Below are positions 9,421 to 19,290 of a stretch of 64,000 nucleotides of DNA, piece after piece (the first letter of the stretch is position 1; each line of letters begins with the position of its first letter). Both the position numbers and the translations under genes were made by a program. The DNA is taken from assembly GCA_964637955.1 (NCBI GenBank), contig CAZWXQ010000001.1:292849-356848 (forward strand). The letters run 5' to 3'. The notes beneath the pieces were generated by a model that made no database searches, was not told the DNA's origin, and saw only the letters and a list, made by a program, of their open reading frames with translations. The stretch is from an uncultured Gammaproteobacteria bacterium (GTDB lineage: Bacteria; Patescibacteriota; Microgenomatia; Levybacterales; UBA12049).

Positions 9421-9693
9421 TTGACTAAAAAAGATTTAATAGTGCACGTTTCAAAAAAGGCAAACCTGACCAATAAAGCTTCAGCGGAAGCTGTTCAGGC
9501 AATGCTAAATGGAATTAGAGATTCTTTAAAAAGAGGAGAAAAAGTCGTAATAACAGGATTTGGTACTTTTTCAGTAAGAAAGCGTTCTGAAAGGCCAGGT
9601 AGAAATCCAAAAACAGGAGAGAAGATTACGCTTCCGGCAAGACGCGCTCCGGGATTTACTCCCGGTAAAACTCTAAAAAAAGCTGTAAGATAA
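9421..9693 (+). CDS. hup: DNA-binding protein HU (bacterial histone-like)
   Basis: 90 aa; GFGTF...R..R.GRNP.TGE...I beta-arm signature; TTG start preceded by strong SD. Confidence 0.85.
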   Translation: MTKKDLIVHVSKKANLTNKASAEAVQAMLNGIRDSLKRGEKVVITGFGTFSVRKRSERPGRNPKTGEKITLPARRAPGFTPGKTLKKAVR

Positions 9694-9809
9694 TTTTTGG
9701 TTGTCATCCCAAGCTCGGTTGGAGATCTAAATTTCTTGACATAAAATCAGGAAGGTTGTTTTTCTTCGCATTAGTTCTTCCCCTAATACTTCTTTGATAT
9801 AATCAGTCT

Positions 9810-10781
9810 ATGGCGATAAAAGTAAAAAATTTAGTTAAAGAATATTCCGTGTATAAAAAAGATTCTGGGATTTCAGGATCTATAAAGTCCGTTTTTTCAA
9901 GAAAGTATGAAATAGTAAATGCAGTTGAAGATATTTCTTTTGAAATAGATGAGGGAGAGCTCATTGGCTTTATAGGACCGAACGGAGCCGGGAAAACTAC
10001 TACGCTTAAATGTCTTTCAGGTCTTTTATATCAAACATCAGGAGAAATTGAAGTTTTAGGATTTACCCCCCAAGAGAGAAATTATAAGTTTTTAAAGCAA
10101 ATCGGATTAATTATGGGCCAGAAAAACCAACTCTGGTGGGATCTTCCAGCAGTTGACAGTTTTGTTTTGCAAAAAGAAATTTATCAAATTTCTGACTCAA
10201 ATTATAAAAGAACTTTATCAGATCTTTTAGACTTACTTGATGGACATGAAATTTATAAAGTTCCTGTAAAAAAACTTTCCCTTGGTCAGAGAATGAAAAT
10301 GGAGATAGTATCAGTACTTCTCCATAATCCAAAAGTGCTCTTTCTTGATGAGCCTACTATTGGATTAGATGTCGTGATGCAAAAGTCTCTCCGAGAATTT
10401 CTAAGAGAATATAATAAAAAATATAATTCCACGATTCTTTTAACCAGTCATTATATGAAAGATGTGGAAGAATTATGTAAAAGAGTAATAGTGATAAATC
10501 ATGGGAAAATTCTTTATGATGGTGATTTGTCAGATTTAATTAAAAAATATGCACCGTATAAAAACATAGGAATTACCTTTAATGACGATGTCGATCCGAA
10601 AGCTTTTAAAGATTTTGGAGAAGTTGATGATTACGAGAATCAAAAACTTAAGCTTCTTGTTAACAGAGATAAAGCAAGCGAAGCGGTTTCGAAGATTTTG
10701 TCAAAATATGATGTTGAAGATATAAATATTGAAGACCCCGAGATAGAAGATGTTATTAGGAAAGTTTTTGGTGATAAATAA
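9810..10781 (+). CDS. ABC transporter ATP-binding protein
   Basis: Walker A GPNGAGKTT, ABC signature LSLGQRMK, Walker B LFLDEPTIGLD, H-loop. Confidence 0.9.
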   Translation: MAIKVKNLVKEYSVYKKDSGISGSIKSVFSRKYEIVNAVEDISFEIDEGELIGFIGPNGAGKTTTLKCLSGLLYQTSGEIEVLGFTPQERNYKFLKQIGLIMGQKNQLWWDLPAVDSFVLQKEIYQISDSNYKRTLSDLLDLLDGHEIYKVPVKKLSLGQRMKMEIVSVLLHNPKVLFLDEPTIGLDVVMQKSLREFLREYNKKYNSTILLTSHYMKDVEELCKRVIVINHGKILYDGDLSDLIKKYAPYKNIGITFNDDVDPKAFKDFGEVDDYENQKLKLLVNRDKASEAVSKILSKYDVEDINIEDPEIEDVIRKVFGDK

Positions 10782-10849
10782 ATCTTCTTTAAAAATCAAC
10801 ACAGGCTTTGATGATTAATTAGATTTTAATATTAAGTAAAGACTTATAT

Positions 10850-11644
10850 ATGAAAAAATATATAATTGCTGCAAAAAATACTTGGGATGAGGCATTAAGT
10901 TACAGATTTAATTTTTTAATTTGGAGGCTTCGAAATGTAATACTTCTTTTATCTACTTATTTTCTTTGGTTGGCTGTAATTCCTGTAGGCACAAATGTGT
11001 TTGGTTATGATCAATCTTCTATGATCACCTATATTCTTTTAACTGCAATCGTAAGAGCTGTAGTAACTTCAAATAGAAGTTATGCAATTGGGCAGGAGAT
11101 AAACGAAGGAAATTTATCGAATTTTTTACTTCAGCCCATTAATTATTTTGCATATTGGTTTTCGAAAGATATCGGTGATAAGCTTATGAACCTCGTTTTT
11201 TCAATAGCTGAACTTGCTATAATTTTTGTACTTCTAAAACCTCCAATCTACATCCAAACAAGCCCAGAATATATTTTATTTTTCATCATTTCAATAATAC
11301 TTGCTGTTATTTTGTATTTCTTCATTAATATCTTATTGGGACTTATTGGTTTTTGGAGCCCCGACGTTTGGGCTCCAAGATTTATTTTTTGGATAGCTGT
11401 AGGATTTTTTGCAGGCGAATATTTTCCTTTAGATATTTTACCATCAGCTATTTATGATGTTTTTAAAATTCTTCCATTTTCATATTTAATTTATTTCCCT
11501 ATTAAAGTATATTTGGGACAATTTACATACACGGAAATTTTTGTAGGATTCTTAATTACAACAATATGGATTGGAGTATTCGCAATAGTTGTAAACCTTG
11601 TTTGGAAGAAAGGATTGAAATCTTATACAGCTCAAGGTAGATAG
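10850..11644 (+). CDS. ABC-2 family transporter permease
   Basis: 264 aa, 6 predicted TM helices, directly downstream of the ABC ATPase. Confidence 0.7.
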   Translation: MKKYIIAAKNTWDEALSYRFNFLIWRLRNVILLLSTYFLWLAVIPVGTNVFGYDQSSMITYILLTAIVRAVVTSNRSYAIGQEINEGNLSNFLLQPINYFAYWFSKDIGDKLMNLVFSIAELAIIFVLLKPPIYIQTSPEYILFFIISIILAVILYFFINILLGLIGFWSPDVWAPRFIFWIAVGFFAGEYFPLDILPSAIYDVFKILPFSYLIYFPIKVYLGQFTYTEIFVGFLITTIWIGVFAIVVNLVWKKGLKSYTAQGR

Positions 11645-11686
11645 TTCAATTAGCGAAGTATATTTGAGACTGATAAGAATAAAATT

Positions 11687-12469
11687 ATGAAAAGATATTT
11701 GAAGCTTTGGTACATGTATAGTTTATATTCAACTCAGATTGGACTTCAGTCTAGATTTGGCGCTGTTCTTTTTTTAGTTGGGAAGTTTATGAGATTTGGA
11801 ATTTTTTTGTTTTTTATTTTTCTTCTTTCATCAACTGTTAAAGAAATTTCTGGATACACTTTCTGGGAGATGATGTTAATTTTTGCTACATTTAATTTAA
11901 TCGATGTCTCATCTCAATTATTTTTTCGAGAAGTTTATAGATTTAGAAATTATGTTATAGATGGCAGTGTTGATTATTTTCTAGTCCGTCCAATGAAGCC
12001 ACTTTTTAGATTTTTATTTGGAGGAGCTGATATTTTTGACGTTCCACTTTTTATAATCTCAATTTTGTTAGTCATTTTGAGTTTGGTTAAGATTGGAGAT
12101 GTGAATTTTGTTGGTTTAATCTCTTATGTTGTCTTGATTTTAAACGGATTTATGATTGCTTTGTCCTTTCATGTTTTAGTTCTGACAATAGGTATACTTT
12201 CAACGGGCGTTGATAATGCTCTGTGGCTTTATGGAGATATAACAGAAATGGGAAAAATTCCGATAAATTTATATAAAAAACCATTAAGTTCTATTCTAAC
12301 TTTTGTAATTCCCGTAGGAATAATGATTACTTTTCCTGCCCAAGCTGCTTTCGGAGAGCTTTTACCTCAACTTATTTTGATTTCTTTTATGATAGGTTTT
12401 GGGCTTTTAGCTTTTTCAGCAATTTCTTGGAGATTTGCCTTGAGAAAATACGCTAGTGCCAGTAGCTAA
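11687..12469 (+). CDS. ABC-2 family transporter permease (second subunit)
   Basis: 260 aa polytopic membrane protein, same operon. Confidence 0.7.
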   Translation: MKRYLKLWYMYSLYSTQIGLQSRFGAVLFLVGKFMRFGIFLFFIFLLSSTVKEISGYTFWEMMLIFATFNLIDVSSQLFFREVYRFRNYVIDGSVDYFLVRPMKPLFRFLFGGADIFDVPLFIISILLVILSLVKIGDVNFVGLISYVVLILNGFMIALSFHVLVLTIGILSTGVDNALWLYGDITEMGKIPINLYKKPLSSILTFVIPVGIMITFPAQAAFGELLPQLILISFMIGFGLLAFSAISWRFALRKYASASS

Positions 12470-12505
12470 ATTTACTACTATAAGATATTATGGTATAATT
12501 ATCAT

Positions 12506-12855
12506 GCTGGGAAGAAGATCTACTACTGGCTCGCATTCGCGATCCTAGAGGAAAGTCCAGACAGCATAGGAAAAGGATTGGGGCGTAAGCCCCGACTAGA
12601 AATAGCTGGTACTTAAATCCTTATCTTACTAAAAGGGATTTAAAGCAGGTTTTGAATTAACAAAACCTGAGAGCAACAGAGACGAGTAAGAGTGAAACGG
12701 GCAATCCTACCTGCTGCAACCTTTGAAAGACACATTTGAGTTTTCCTAACGAGTGTCGATAAAGGGCATCTCGATTAAATTGAGATAAGATGACTATCGT
12801 CATTTTTAAGAAAGATTGTAGATTGAAACAGAATCTGGCTTATTATCTTCCCAGC
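12506..12855 (+). ncRNA. rnpB: RNase P RNA (bacterial type A)
   Basis: P1 stem GCTGGGAAGAAG...CTTCCCAGC; P4 halves AGAGGAAAGTCCAGAC and AACAGAATCTGGCTTA (cf. consensus AGGAAAGTCCGGGC / ACAGAACCCGGCTTA). -10 box TGGTATAAT immediately upstream; no ORF in region. Confidence 0.8.
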
Positions 12856-12916
12856 ACAAAATATCTTTATTTTTTTGCAAATTTGTAGAAATGCTTAAAT
12901 AAAAATCGTTATTGCT

Positions 12917-13047
12917 ATGCACTGCATAACATCTTATACCTATTTTCTGCGCAAAAAGGCACTTCATGCTATGTCGCATAGCATTTTGTACTTATTGTCT
13001 TCGGACAAAAGCACTGATGTTATGTAGAGCATAACATCTTGTATTCG
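12917..13047. repeat. three degenerate ~49-bp tandem repeats, each with a palindromic hairpin
   Basis: TATGCAcTGCATAACATCTTATACC / GCTATGtcGCATAGCATTTTGTAC / GATGTTATGtagagCATAACATCTTGTATTC. The third overlaps the last codons of the convergent helicase gene. Confidence 0.45.
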
Positions 13048-15905
13048 CAATTAACGCAAAGAACATTCTTGCTACAGTGAAAATCACTTTTTTCAATATC
13101 ATGAATTTTATTAATAAGTTCTTCTTCAAGTGAATCTAAATCTTCTTTTGTGAACTGCATAGTTTTCTTGCTGTTACTTTCCAGGAAATGCAGAGATAGA
13201 GTAATATCTTCTGGCTTTCTATTTAGTAGAGGATCTTTAATTTTTGTGGCGGCAAGAGCATAAATCGCAAGTTGAAGTCTATGAGCAGAGTCAGCTTTTG
13301 GATTATCTTGGCCGGTTTTATAGTCTATGATTTCAATTCCATCCTGTGTTTTATCAATCCTGTCAATTTTTCCAAAAACTTTTACCCCGTTTTTTAATGC
13401 GAAGTTTATAGGAAGTTCGAGACCAATTGGGGTTACTTCTTTTTTAAATTCTTTTTCAAAATATCTAGTGAGTGCTTTTTTTGCTTCTTCAAATCTTTCT
13501 TCTTCGTGCTTTTTGTTTAAATACCCTTCGTTAATCCATTCCTCATGCAAAAGATTCAGTAAGTATTCTAAATTAAGATTAACATTTTCTTGATGGGCTT
13601 TGTAAAATTTATACAACGCATTGTGAATTGAGATTCCAAAACTTTGGACTGATGAAACTGGAGTGGGAATATTAAAAATCACTTTTGCTTTATAGTGAAG
13701 TGGACAAATATCAAACATTTGTAAATTTGAATAAGTTATATAATCAATTTTAAGGGGTTGTTTCTTTTCTTTTATTTCTTCATGCTCATGGTACGGAGCT
13801 AGAACTTCAGTTAATGATAGTTGTTCTGATCGAATTTGACTTTTTTGTGAAGTTTTTAAATCAGGAGTTGCTTCATAAACAAATGGAGAAATTTTCTTTG
13901 TTCTTTTTCCAGTTCCATAATAATCTGCAGCTGTAAAATAAAGTTTTTCGCGGGCTCTGGTCATTCCTACATAAAAAAGCCTTCTTTCTTCTTCGAGATG
14001 AAAATCAATGTCAGTTGGTAATTTTTCTTTGATAATTCCTTCAGGGAGAGGAATTTTTTCTGATCTTTCTCGAGAAGGAAATCTATCAGAAACGAGATTT
14101 ATTAAAAACACTACTTCAAATTCCAAACCTTTTGATGAGTGAACGGTGAGTATATTTACAGCATCTCTATCTTTCATGTCTACATCAGCAGCAGTTGGAC
14201 TATCTCCCATTTGTAGCATGAGATTTAGCCATTCAGTTACAGTAAAAACATTTGAATCTGGTCTATCAGTTTCAAAATTTTTAATTCTGTCAAAGAACTT
14301 AGCAATATTTTGAACTCTTCTTTCTTCAATTACAGATTCAGCTTTTTGTAAAGATTCAAATAGTCCTGAGTCTGCAATAAAGTAATAAAGAACCTGACCA
14401 GCTGAATCTTTTTTACTTCTCTCAAGGTGTCTTAAAATCATTTCTTTAAATTTTTTAAGTTTTTCTTGAGAGTCTGTTTTTAGAAAAGATTGATCAATTG
14501 AGTCTAGGCTTTGAAAAAGATTAAGATTTTTCTTTTTCGCATAATTAAAAAGATAGATTATTTCTACATATGGAATTTTAAAAATATCCATTGATAAAAC
14601 TCGAAATAGTGAAACTGAGTCGGAAGGATTTGTTAAGAAATTTAAATAAGCAATTAGGTCTTTTATTTCATCCTGATTAAAAAGATATGATGGGCCAAGA
14701 AATTGATATGGGACGCCTCTTCTTTGAAGAGCTTGAGTGATTGGAGCAGCATGATTATTTGCCCTAACTAAAATCGCTATGTCTTTGTAATTATATTTTT
14801 TCTTCGTGATTTTTTGAATGGTTTTAGCAATTTCATCTGCTTCGTCTTCTGATTTAATCTGATGTATTAATTCAATTTTTTCATTATTATCGCTTTTATT
14901 GCTTTTAAGTTTTTTATCAATCTTTTCAACAACTTCAAGTCTATTTGGATTATTATTTTGAATTAGTCTGTAAGATGCATCGAGAATTGCTTGAGTTGAT
15001 CTATAGTTTTGATTAAGAGTAATATTTACAGCCCGAGGGAAGTTCTTTTTAAACTGTAAAACATTTGATACTGCTGCACCCCTAAATCTATAAATAGATT
15101 GATCGTCATCTGCCACAACTGTAATGTTTTTGTCATCACCTGAAAGGAGAATCGCTAGCTCGTTTTGTGCAAAGTTGGTGTCTTGAAATTCATCGACTAA
15201 AACATATTTAAATTGGTTTTGATATCTATTTAAAATTTCTGGTCTTTTTCTAAAGAGTAAAAGTACATTTGAAATGAGATCAGAAAAATCCATGAGAGAA
15301 TATTTTATCTTTAATTCCTCGTAACCTTTATATGCATTTGCTAGTTCCAAATATTGTTTGCTGTCATCTGACTTTTGCTTTAATGCCCATTTTAGATATT
15401 CCGTTGGAGTGATGTCTTCATCTTTTAGTCTGGAAAAATGTGACAGAAGTGCTTCAATAAATTTAGTGGGATTTCCAAGGGGTCTAAAAATATTAAGTCC
15501 TAATTCGAAAATATTTTGCCTTAACAATAATACTGATTCTGAATCAGAAATTTGTTTGTAGTTTGAATCAAGTCCAATTTGGTGAGCTTCGTCTCTCATA
15601 ATTCTGTCGCAGAAAGCATGAAAGGTGTGAATCCAAAGGTTAGTATATCCATAGGGAAGTAAGACATCGATTCTTTCTTGCATTTCAAATGATGCTTTTT
15701 CAGTAAATGTCAAAGCCAATATTTCACTTGGCTTTAACCCTTTTTCTATTACAAGAAATCTTAATCTTTCTGTTATTACTGTGGTTTTTCCAGTTCCTGC
15801 ACCCGCAATTATTAATAGTGGTCCATCTCCAAAATTTATTGCTTTCTTTTGTTCTTCGTTAAGTAGCTTTTCTGACATTAGATTTGTAGATATTAACTCT
15901 AGCAC
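13020..15905 (-). CDS. UvrD/PcrA-family SF1 DNA helicase fused to C-terminal PD-(D/E)xK (Cas4/AddB-like) nuclease with 4-Cys cluster
   Basis: 961 aa; Walker A GAGTGKTTVITER, UvrD motifs (TFTEKA, LVDEFQDT, VGDDDQSIYRFRGA, VHSSKGLEF); C-terminal ~250 aa with DYKTG and Cys cluster (C..C....C...CVNC) as in RecB-family Fe-S nucleases. Confidence 0.85.
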   Translation of the reverse strand: MLELISTNLMSEKLLNEEQKKAINFGDGPLLIIAGAGTGKTTVITERLRFLVIEKGLKPSEILALTFTEKASFEMQERIDVLLPYGYTNLWIHTFHAFCDRIMRDEAHQIGLDSNYKQISDSESVLLLRQNIFELGLNIFRPLGNPTKFIEALLSHFSRLKDEDITPTEYLKWALKQKSDDSKQYLELANAYKGYEELKIKYSLMDFSDLISNVLLLFRKRPEILNRYQNQFKYVLVDEFQDTNFAQNELAILLSGDDKNITVVADDDQSIYRFRGAAVSNVLQFKKNFPRAVNITLNQNYRSTQAILDASYRLIQNNNPNRLEVVEKIDKKLKSNKSDNNEKIELIHQIKSEDEADEIAKTIQKITKKKYNYKDIAILVRANNHAAPITQALQRRGVPYQFLGPSYLFNQDEIKDLIAYLNFLTNPSDSVSLFRVLSMDIFKIPYVEIIYLFNYAKKKNLNLFQSLDSIDQSFLKTDSQEKLKKFKEMILRHLERSKKDSAGQVLYYFIADSGLFESLQKAESVIEERRVQNIAKFFDRIKNFETDRPDSNVFTVTEWLNLMLQMGDSPTAADVDMKDRDAVNILTVHSSKGLEFEVVFLINLVSDRFPSRERSEKIPLPEGIIKEKLPTDIDFHLEEERRLFYVGMTRAREKLYFTAADYYGTGKRTKKISPFVYEATPDLKTSQKSQIRSEQLSLTEVLAPYHEHEEIKEKKQPLKIDYITYSNLQMFDICPLHYKAKVIFNIPTPVSSVQSFGISIHNALYKFYKAHQENVNLNLEYLLNLLHEEWINEGYLNKKHEEERFEEAKKALTRYFEKEFKKEVTPIGLELPINFALKNGVKVFGKIDRIDKTQDGIEIIDYKTGQDNPKADSAHRLQLAIYALAATKIKDPLLNRKPEDITLSLHFLESNSKKTMQFTKEDLDSLEEELINKIHDIEKSDFHCSKNVLCVNCEYKMLCST

Positions 15906-15933
15906 GTATTGTTGTTATAATCAACGAAGTTAT

Positions 15934-16659
15934 ATGGGAAAAGCAGTAAAATTCGAATTGGAATTTATTAAAAAACAAAAAGAATCAAAAGACACATATT
16001 CTTTTTATTTTAAAAGACCAAATGAATTTGATTTTTTTTCAGGTCAATACGTAAAGTTGTTTTTAGATATTCTTAATCCTGATTCTCGTGGATCTTCAAG
16101 ATATTTTACAATCTCATCAAGTCCGGAAGAAAAAAAATATTTAATCATAACTACAAGAATTATTAAGAGTTCATTTAAATTAAAATTAAATCGTTTGAAG
16201 TCTGGAGAAAAAATCATGGCATTTGGACCTGTCGGATATTTTGATTTTTATCCTGAAAAACAAAAAAATTTAGTTTTTATTGCAGGTGGAATTGGAGTTA
16301 CGCCGTTTCATAGTATTCTAAAAACACTTGAGTTTAAGAAATCTAAAATAAATATTATATTGTTTAATTCTTTTGATTATAAACAGAATGTTGTTTTTTA
16401 TAGAGATCTTAAGAAAATTGAGAATGAAAATTTGAATATTAAATTAATTTATACATTAACTAAAGATGCGAATAATTATTTGGAGTTTGAAAAAGGAAGA
16501 ATTGATGAATCGCTAATTAAGAAATATATTGATGATTTGCATGAATATCATTATTTCATTACAGGTTCCGAGAATTTTGTAAATGATATATTTGAAATGT
16601 TAAGAAAAATTGGAGTACTGGAGGAAAAAATATTTAAAGAAGATTTTCCTGGTTATTAG
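15934..16659 (+). CDS. ferredoxin-NAD(P) reductase-type FAD/NAD(P)-binding oxidoreductase
   Basis: RYFTISSSP (RxYS FAD motif) and FIAGGIGVTPF (NAD(P) binding) motifs; start moved from 15781 to the ATG at 15934 to avoid overlapping the divergent helicase. Confidence 0.65.
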   Translation: MGKAVKFELEFIKKQKESKDTYSFYFKRPNEFDFFSGQYVKLFLDILNPDSRGSSRYFTISSSPEEKKYLIITTRIIKSSFKLKLNRLKSGEKIMAFGPVGYFDFYPEKQKNLVFIAGGIGVTPFHSILKTLEFKKSKINIILFNSFDYKQNVVFYRDLKKIENENLNIKLIYTLTKDANNYLEFEKGRIDESLIKKYIDDLHEYHYFITGSENFVNDIFEMLRKIGVLEEKIFKEDFPGY

Positions 16660-17668
16660 TTGCTAATTTTTCTAAATCTCCACCAATTTCATTTGATTTA
16701 TCCAGTTTTTTTCCAATTTTTTGAAATGATGTAACGACATTATTAAATTGCGAAGAAGAGTTTGTGATATGGCGCCCAAGAATTCCTAAGTTTTCATTTA
16801 CTTTATCATAATCCACTTTAAGTCCTCGAATCATTGCAAATATTTCCCTGGATTTTGTCTCAATTTTCTTTCCTTCGAATGATAATAGAATTACTTGAAG
16901 GTGAGCATAAAGTGTAGTAGGTGAAACAGCATAAATTCTTTTCCTTCTCGCATAATCTAGTATGTCGGGATTATCTGCAATTTCATAATAAACAGGCTCA
17001 CTTGGAATATACATAAGGCAAAAATCCATTGTTCCTTCATCTGGCAAAATATATTTTCTAGAAATATCATCTATGTGTTTTTTAACATCTCTAACAAATT
17101 CTTTTTTAAATGCGTCTTTTTCTGTAGCATTTTCTGCTTTTACCATTTTTTGAAAATTTTCCATCGGGAATTTAGAATCTATTGGTAAAATACCTGCATC
17201 AGTTTTTATAGCAGCATCCACTCTTTCACCATTTGAGAATTGATACTGAAGATTAAAACTATTTTTTGGAAAAGTTTGAGAAATTAGATCTTTTAATACT
17301 TCCTCTCCTATATTTCCTCGCAATTTTGGGCTTTTTAGAAAATCTTGAAGTTCTCGCATATTTCTTCCAATCTCTGACATTTCGCCAATCTCTTTATTTA
17401 CTTGACCAATTACTTCAGCAGCACGTGTCAGTCGGTCATTAATCTGTTTATTATTTTCTTGGAGCGTTTTGGTAAGATCTGCTGAATTTGCTCTCATCGA
17501 TTCATTCAAGCTTTTATTTGTTGCATCAATTGATCCCTGCATACTCTTAAGCCATTCAATGAGCGCTTTATCTGATTGAGGATTATTTTGTTTGCGACTT
17601 AGAAGAAAATATAAAGCTATGAAGCCAATACTTATTGCAGCTAAAACAATGAGCAGTTCGTTTTGCAT
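16634..17668 (-). CDS. rmuC: DNA recombination protein RmuC
   Basis: N-terminal TM helix, long coiled coil, conserved RmuC core incl. IDSKFP and DFCLMYIPSEP motifs. Confidence 0.7.
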   Translation of the reverse strand: MQNELLIVLAAISIGFIALYFLLSRKQNNPQSDKALIEWLKSMQGSIDATNKSLNESMRANSADLTKTLQENNKQINDRLTRAAEVIGQVNKEIGEMSEIGRNMRELQDFLKSPKLRGNIGEEVLKDLISQTFPKNSFNLQYQFSNGERVDAAIKTDAGILPIDSKFPMENFQKMVKAENATEKDAFKKEFVRDVKKHIDDISRKYILPDEGTMDFCLMYIPSEPVYYEIADNPDILDYARRKRIYAVSPTTLYAHLQVILLSFEGKKIETKSREIFAMIRGLKVDYDKVNENLGILGRHITNSSSQFNNVVTSFQKIGKKLDKSNEIGGDLEKLATNNQENLL

Positions 17669-17719
17669 ATTTAGTATTATATTTTATCATGTATGCGCAA
17701 GTGTAATTTTCTACTGAAA

Positions 17720-18805
17720 TTAAAAATAGAGGTTGGGGTCTGCATTTACTTCTAGAAAATCTTGCGTTTTATCATTGAAGAAAGCAGCCGCTCCAATCAT
17801 GGCCCCATTATCAGTGCATAATTTTCTTGATGGAATAAAAAGAGGAATTTCTAAAGATTTTTTTAGCTCATTTTCAAATGTATCTTTTAACTTGGTATTT
17901 GCTGCGACTCCTCCTCCGATAAGTATTGATTTGACGTTATATTTTAGTGCTGCTTTCATTGATTTTCGTACGATAACATCAGCTATTGCTTTTTCAAGAG
18001 ATGCGCAAAGGTCATATAGAATTTGTTTATCAGATTCTTTGAGTTGTTCCTCTAAGACTACTTGTTGCCAGCCAACTTTTGATCCTGGGTTAATTCTAAG
18101 AACTGGAAAGTGCTTATTGGTTTCATTCAGAAAAGATGTTTTTAAACCAGAAAAGGAAAAATCAAAATCACCACTACCAATCATAGGGCGTGGAAACTTA
18201 AATTCATTTTCATTTCCAGACTTTGCTAGTTTTGCAATTTTTGGTCCACCAGGATAGTTGTATCCAAGTAGTCTTGCGCATTTATCGAAACATTCTCCAG
18301 CGGCATCATCACGAGTGCCACCCAGCCATTTTATATCTCCATGTTTTTTTATTATAACTAAGTCAGTATGTGCTCCAGAAATTATTAATCCAAGTGCGGG
18401 AAATTTTATGTCCTCTTGTCCTTCATCAATAAAATTAGCATAAATATGTCCAAGTAAATGATTGGTTGGAATAAGTGGTTTTTTCCAAACATACGAAAGA
18501 GTTTTTGCTGTCTCCACGCCTATTAAAAGTGACCCAATAAGCCCAGGTCCATATGTAACCGCTATCGCGTCCAAATTTTCAATTTTTAATTTACAATTTT
18601 CAATTGCTTGTTTAATGACAGGGATTATAAATTTAATTTGCTCCCTAGCTGCATTTTCAGGTATTATTCCACCAGTTTTTCCATGGAGAGTTAATGAGGA
18701 GGAAATGACGTTTGATAATAGTTTTACCTTGTTTGATTTTGAATCACCTTCAATAATTGCTGCGCTAGTTTCATCGCAGCTTGTTTCGATGCCAAGAATT
18801 AGCAT
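17720..18805 (-). CDS. tsaD: tRNA N6-adenosine threonylcarbamoyltransferase TsaD (Kae1/YgjD)
   Basis: MLILGIETSCDETSAAI N-terminus, HxxGH and ASKL-like actin-fold motifs, 361 aa. Confidence 0.92.
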   Translation of the reverse strand: MLILGIETSCDETSAAIIEGDSKSNKVKLLSNVISSSLTLHGKTGGIIPENAAREQIKFIIPVIKQAIENCKLKIENLDAIAVTYGPGLIGSLLIGVETAKTLSYVWKKPLIPTNHLLGHIYANFIDEGQEDIKFPALGLIISGAHTDLVIIKKHGDIKWLGGTRDDAAGECFDKCARLLGYNYPGGPKIAKLAKSGNENEFKFPRPMIGSGDFDFSFSGLKTSFLNETNKHFPVLRINPGSKVGWQQVVLEEQLKESDKQILYDLCASLEKAIADVIVRKSMKAALKYNVKSILIGGGVAANTKLKDTFENELKKSLEIPLFIPSRKLCTDNGAMIGAAAFFNDKTQDFLEVNADPNLYF

Positions 18806-18808
18806 ATT

Positions 18809-19288
18809 TTAGAGGTTGTTTATATTAATTGTTGAACCTTCTTTTATATTATATTTTTCTGCAAGTCCGGCATTTATCTCAAGAACCTTGTCTGATTGAG
18901 AAGTTGGTTGATATAGCTGCGGATTATCATTATTGCTTGCTGGTACAGGAGCATTCGAAATAACAGTGGTTACCTTATTTCCATTTATATAAATAATATC
19001 AATTGGAAAATTCATATTTTTCATCCAGAAAGAATAGTAATCAGGTCTATTAAATACAAATAACATACCTTTATTTTCAGCTAATTTTTTTGTTTCAGAT
19101 AGGCCAATTTGTTGCTCTTTGTCTGAGTCTGCAATTTCAACTTTGAAAGTCTCATTATTGATAGATACTTCAGTTTTTTTAACTTTTGAAAATAAAAGTG
19201 AAACAATAAGGATAGTAAAGAAAATTACCACTGTAAGTCCCAATAGAAGTCTGATGTTATCTCTTAAGAAAAATTTTGATCTTTCCAT
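18809..19288 (-). CDS. DUF192-family protein (membrane-anchored)
   Basis: 159 aa; N-terminal TM, FPIDIIYINGNKV motif resembling DUF192/COG1430. Confidence 0.5.
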   Translation of the reverse strand: MERSKFFLRDNIRLLLGLTVVIFFTILIVSLLFSKVKKTEVSINNETFKVEIADSDKEQQIGLSETKKLAENKGMLFVFNRPDYYSFWMKNMNFPIDIIYINGNKVTTVISNAPVPASNNDNPQLYQPTSQSDKVLEINAGLAEKYNIKEGSTININNL

Positions 19289-19290
19289 AT

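Noticed and set aside
15781-15933. Upstream extension of the ferredoxin-reductase-like ORF
   Set aside because: Overlaps 125 bp of the divergent helicase 5' end on the opposite strand; the conserved domain starts after the ATG at 15934.
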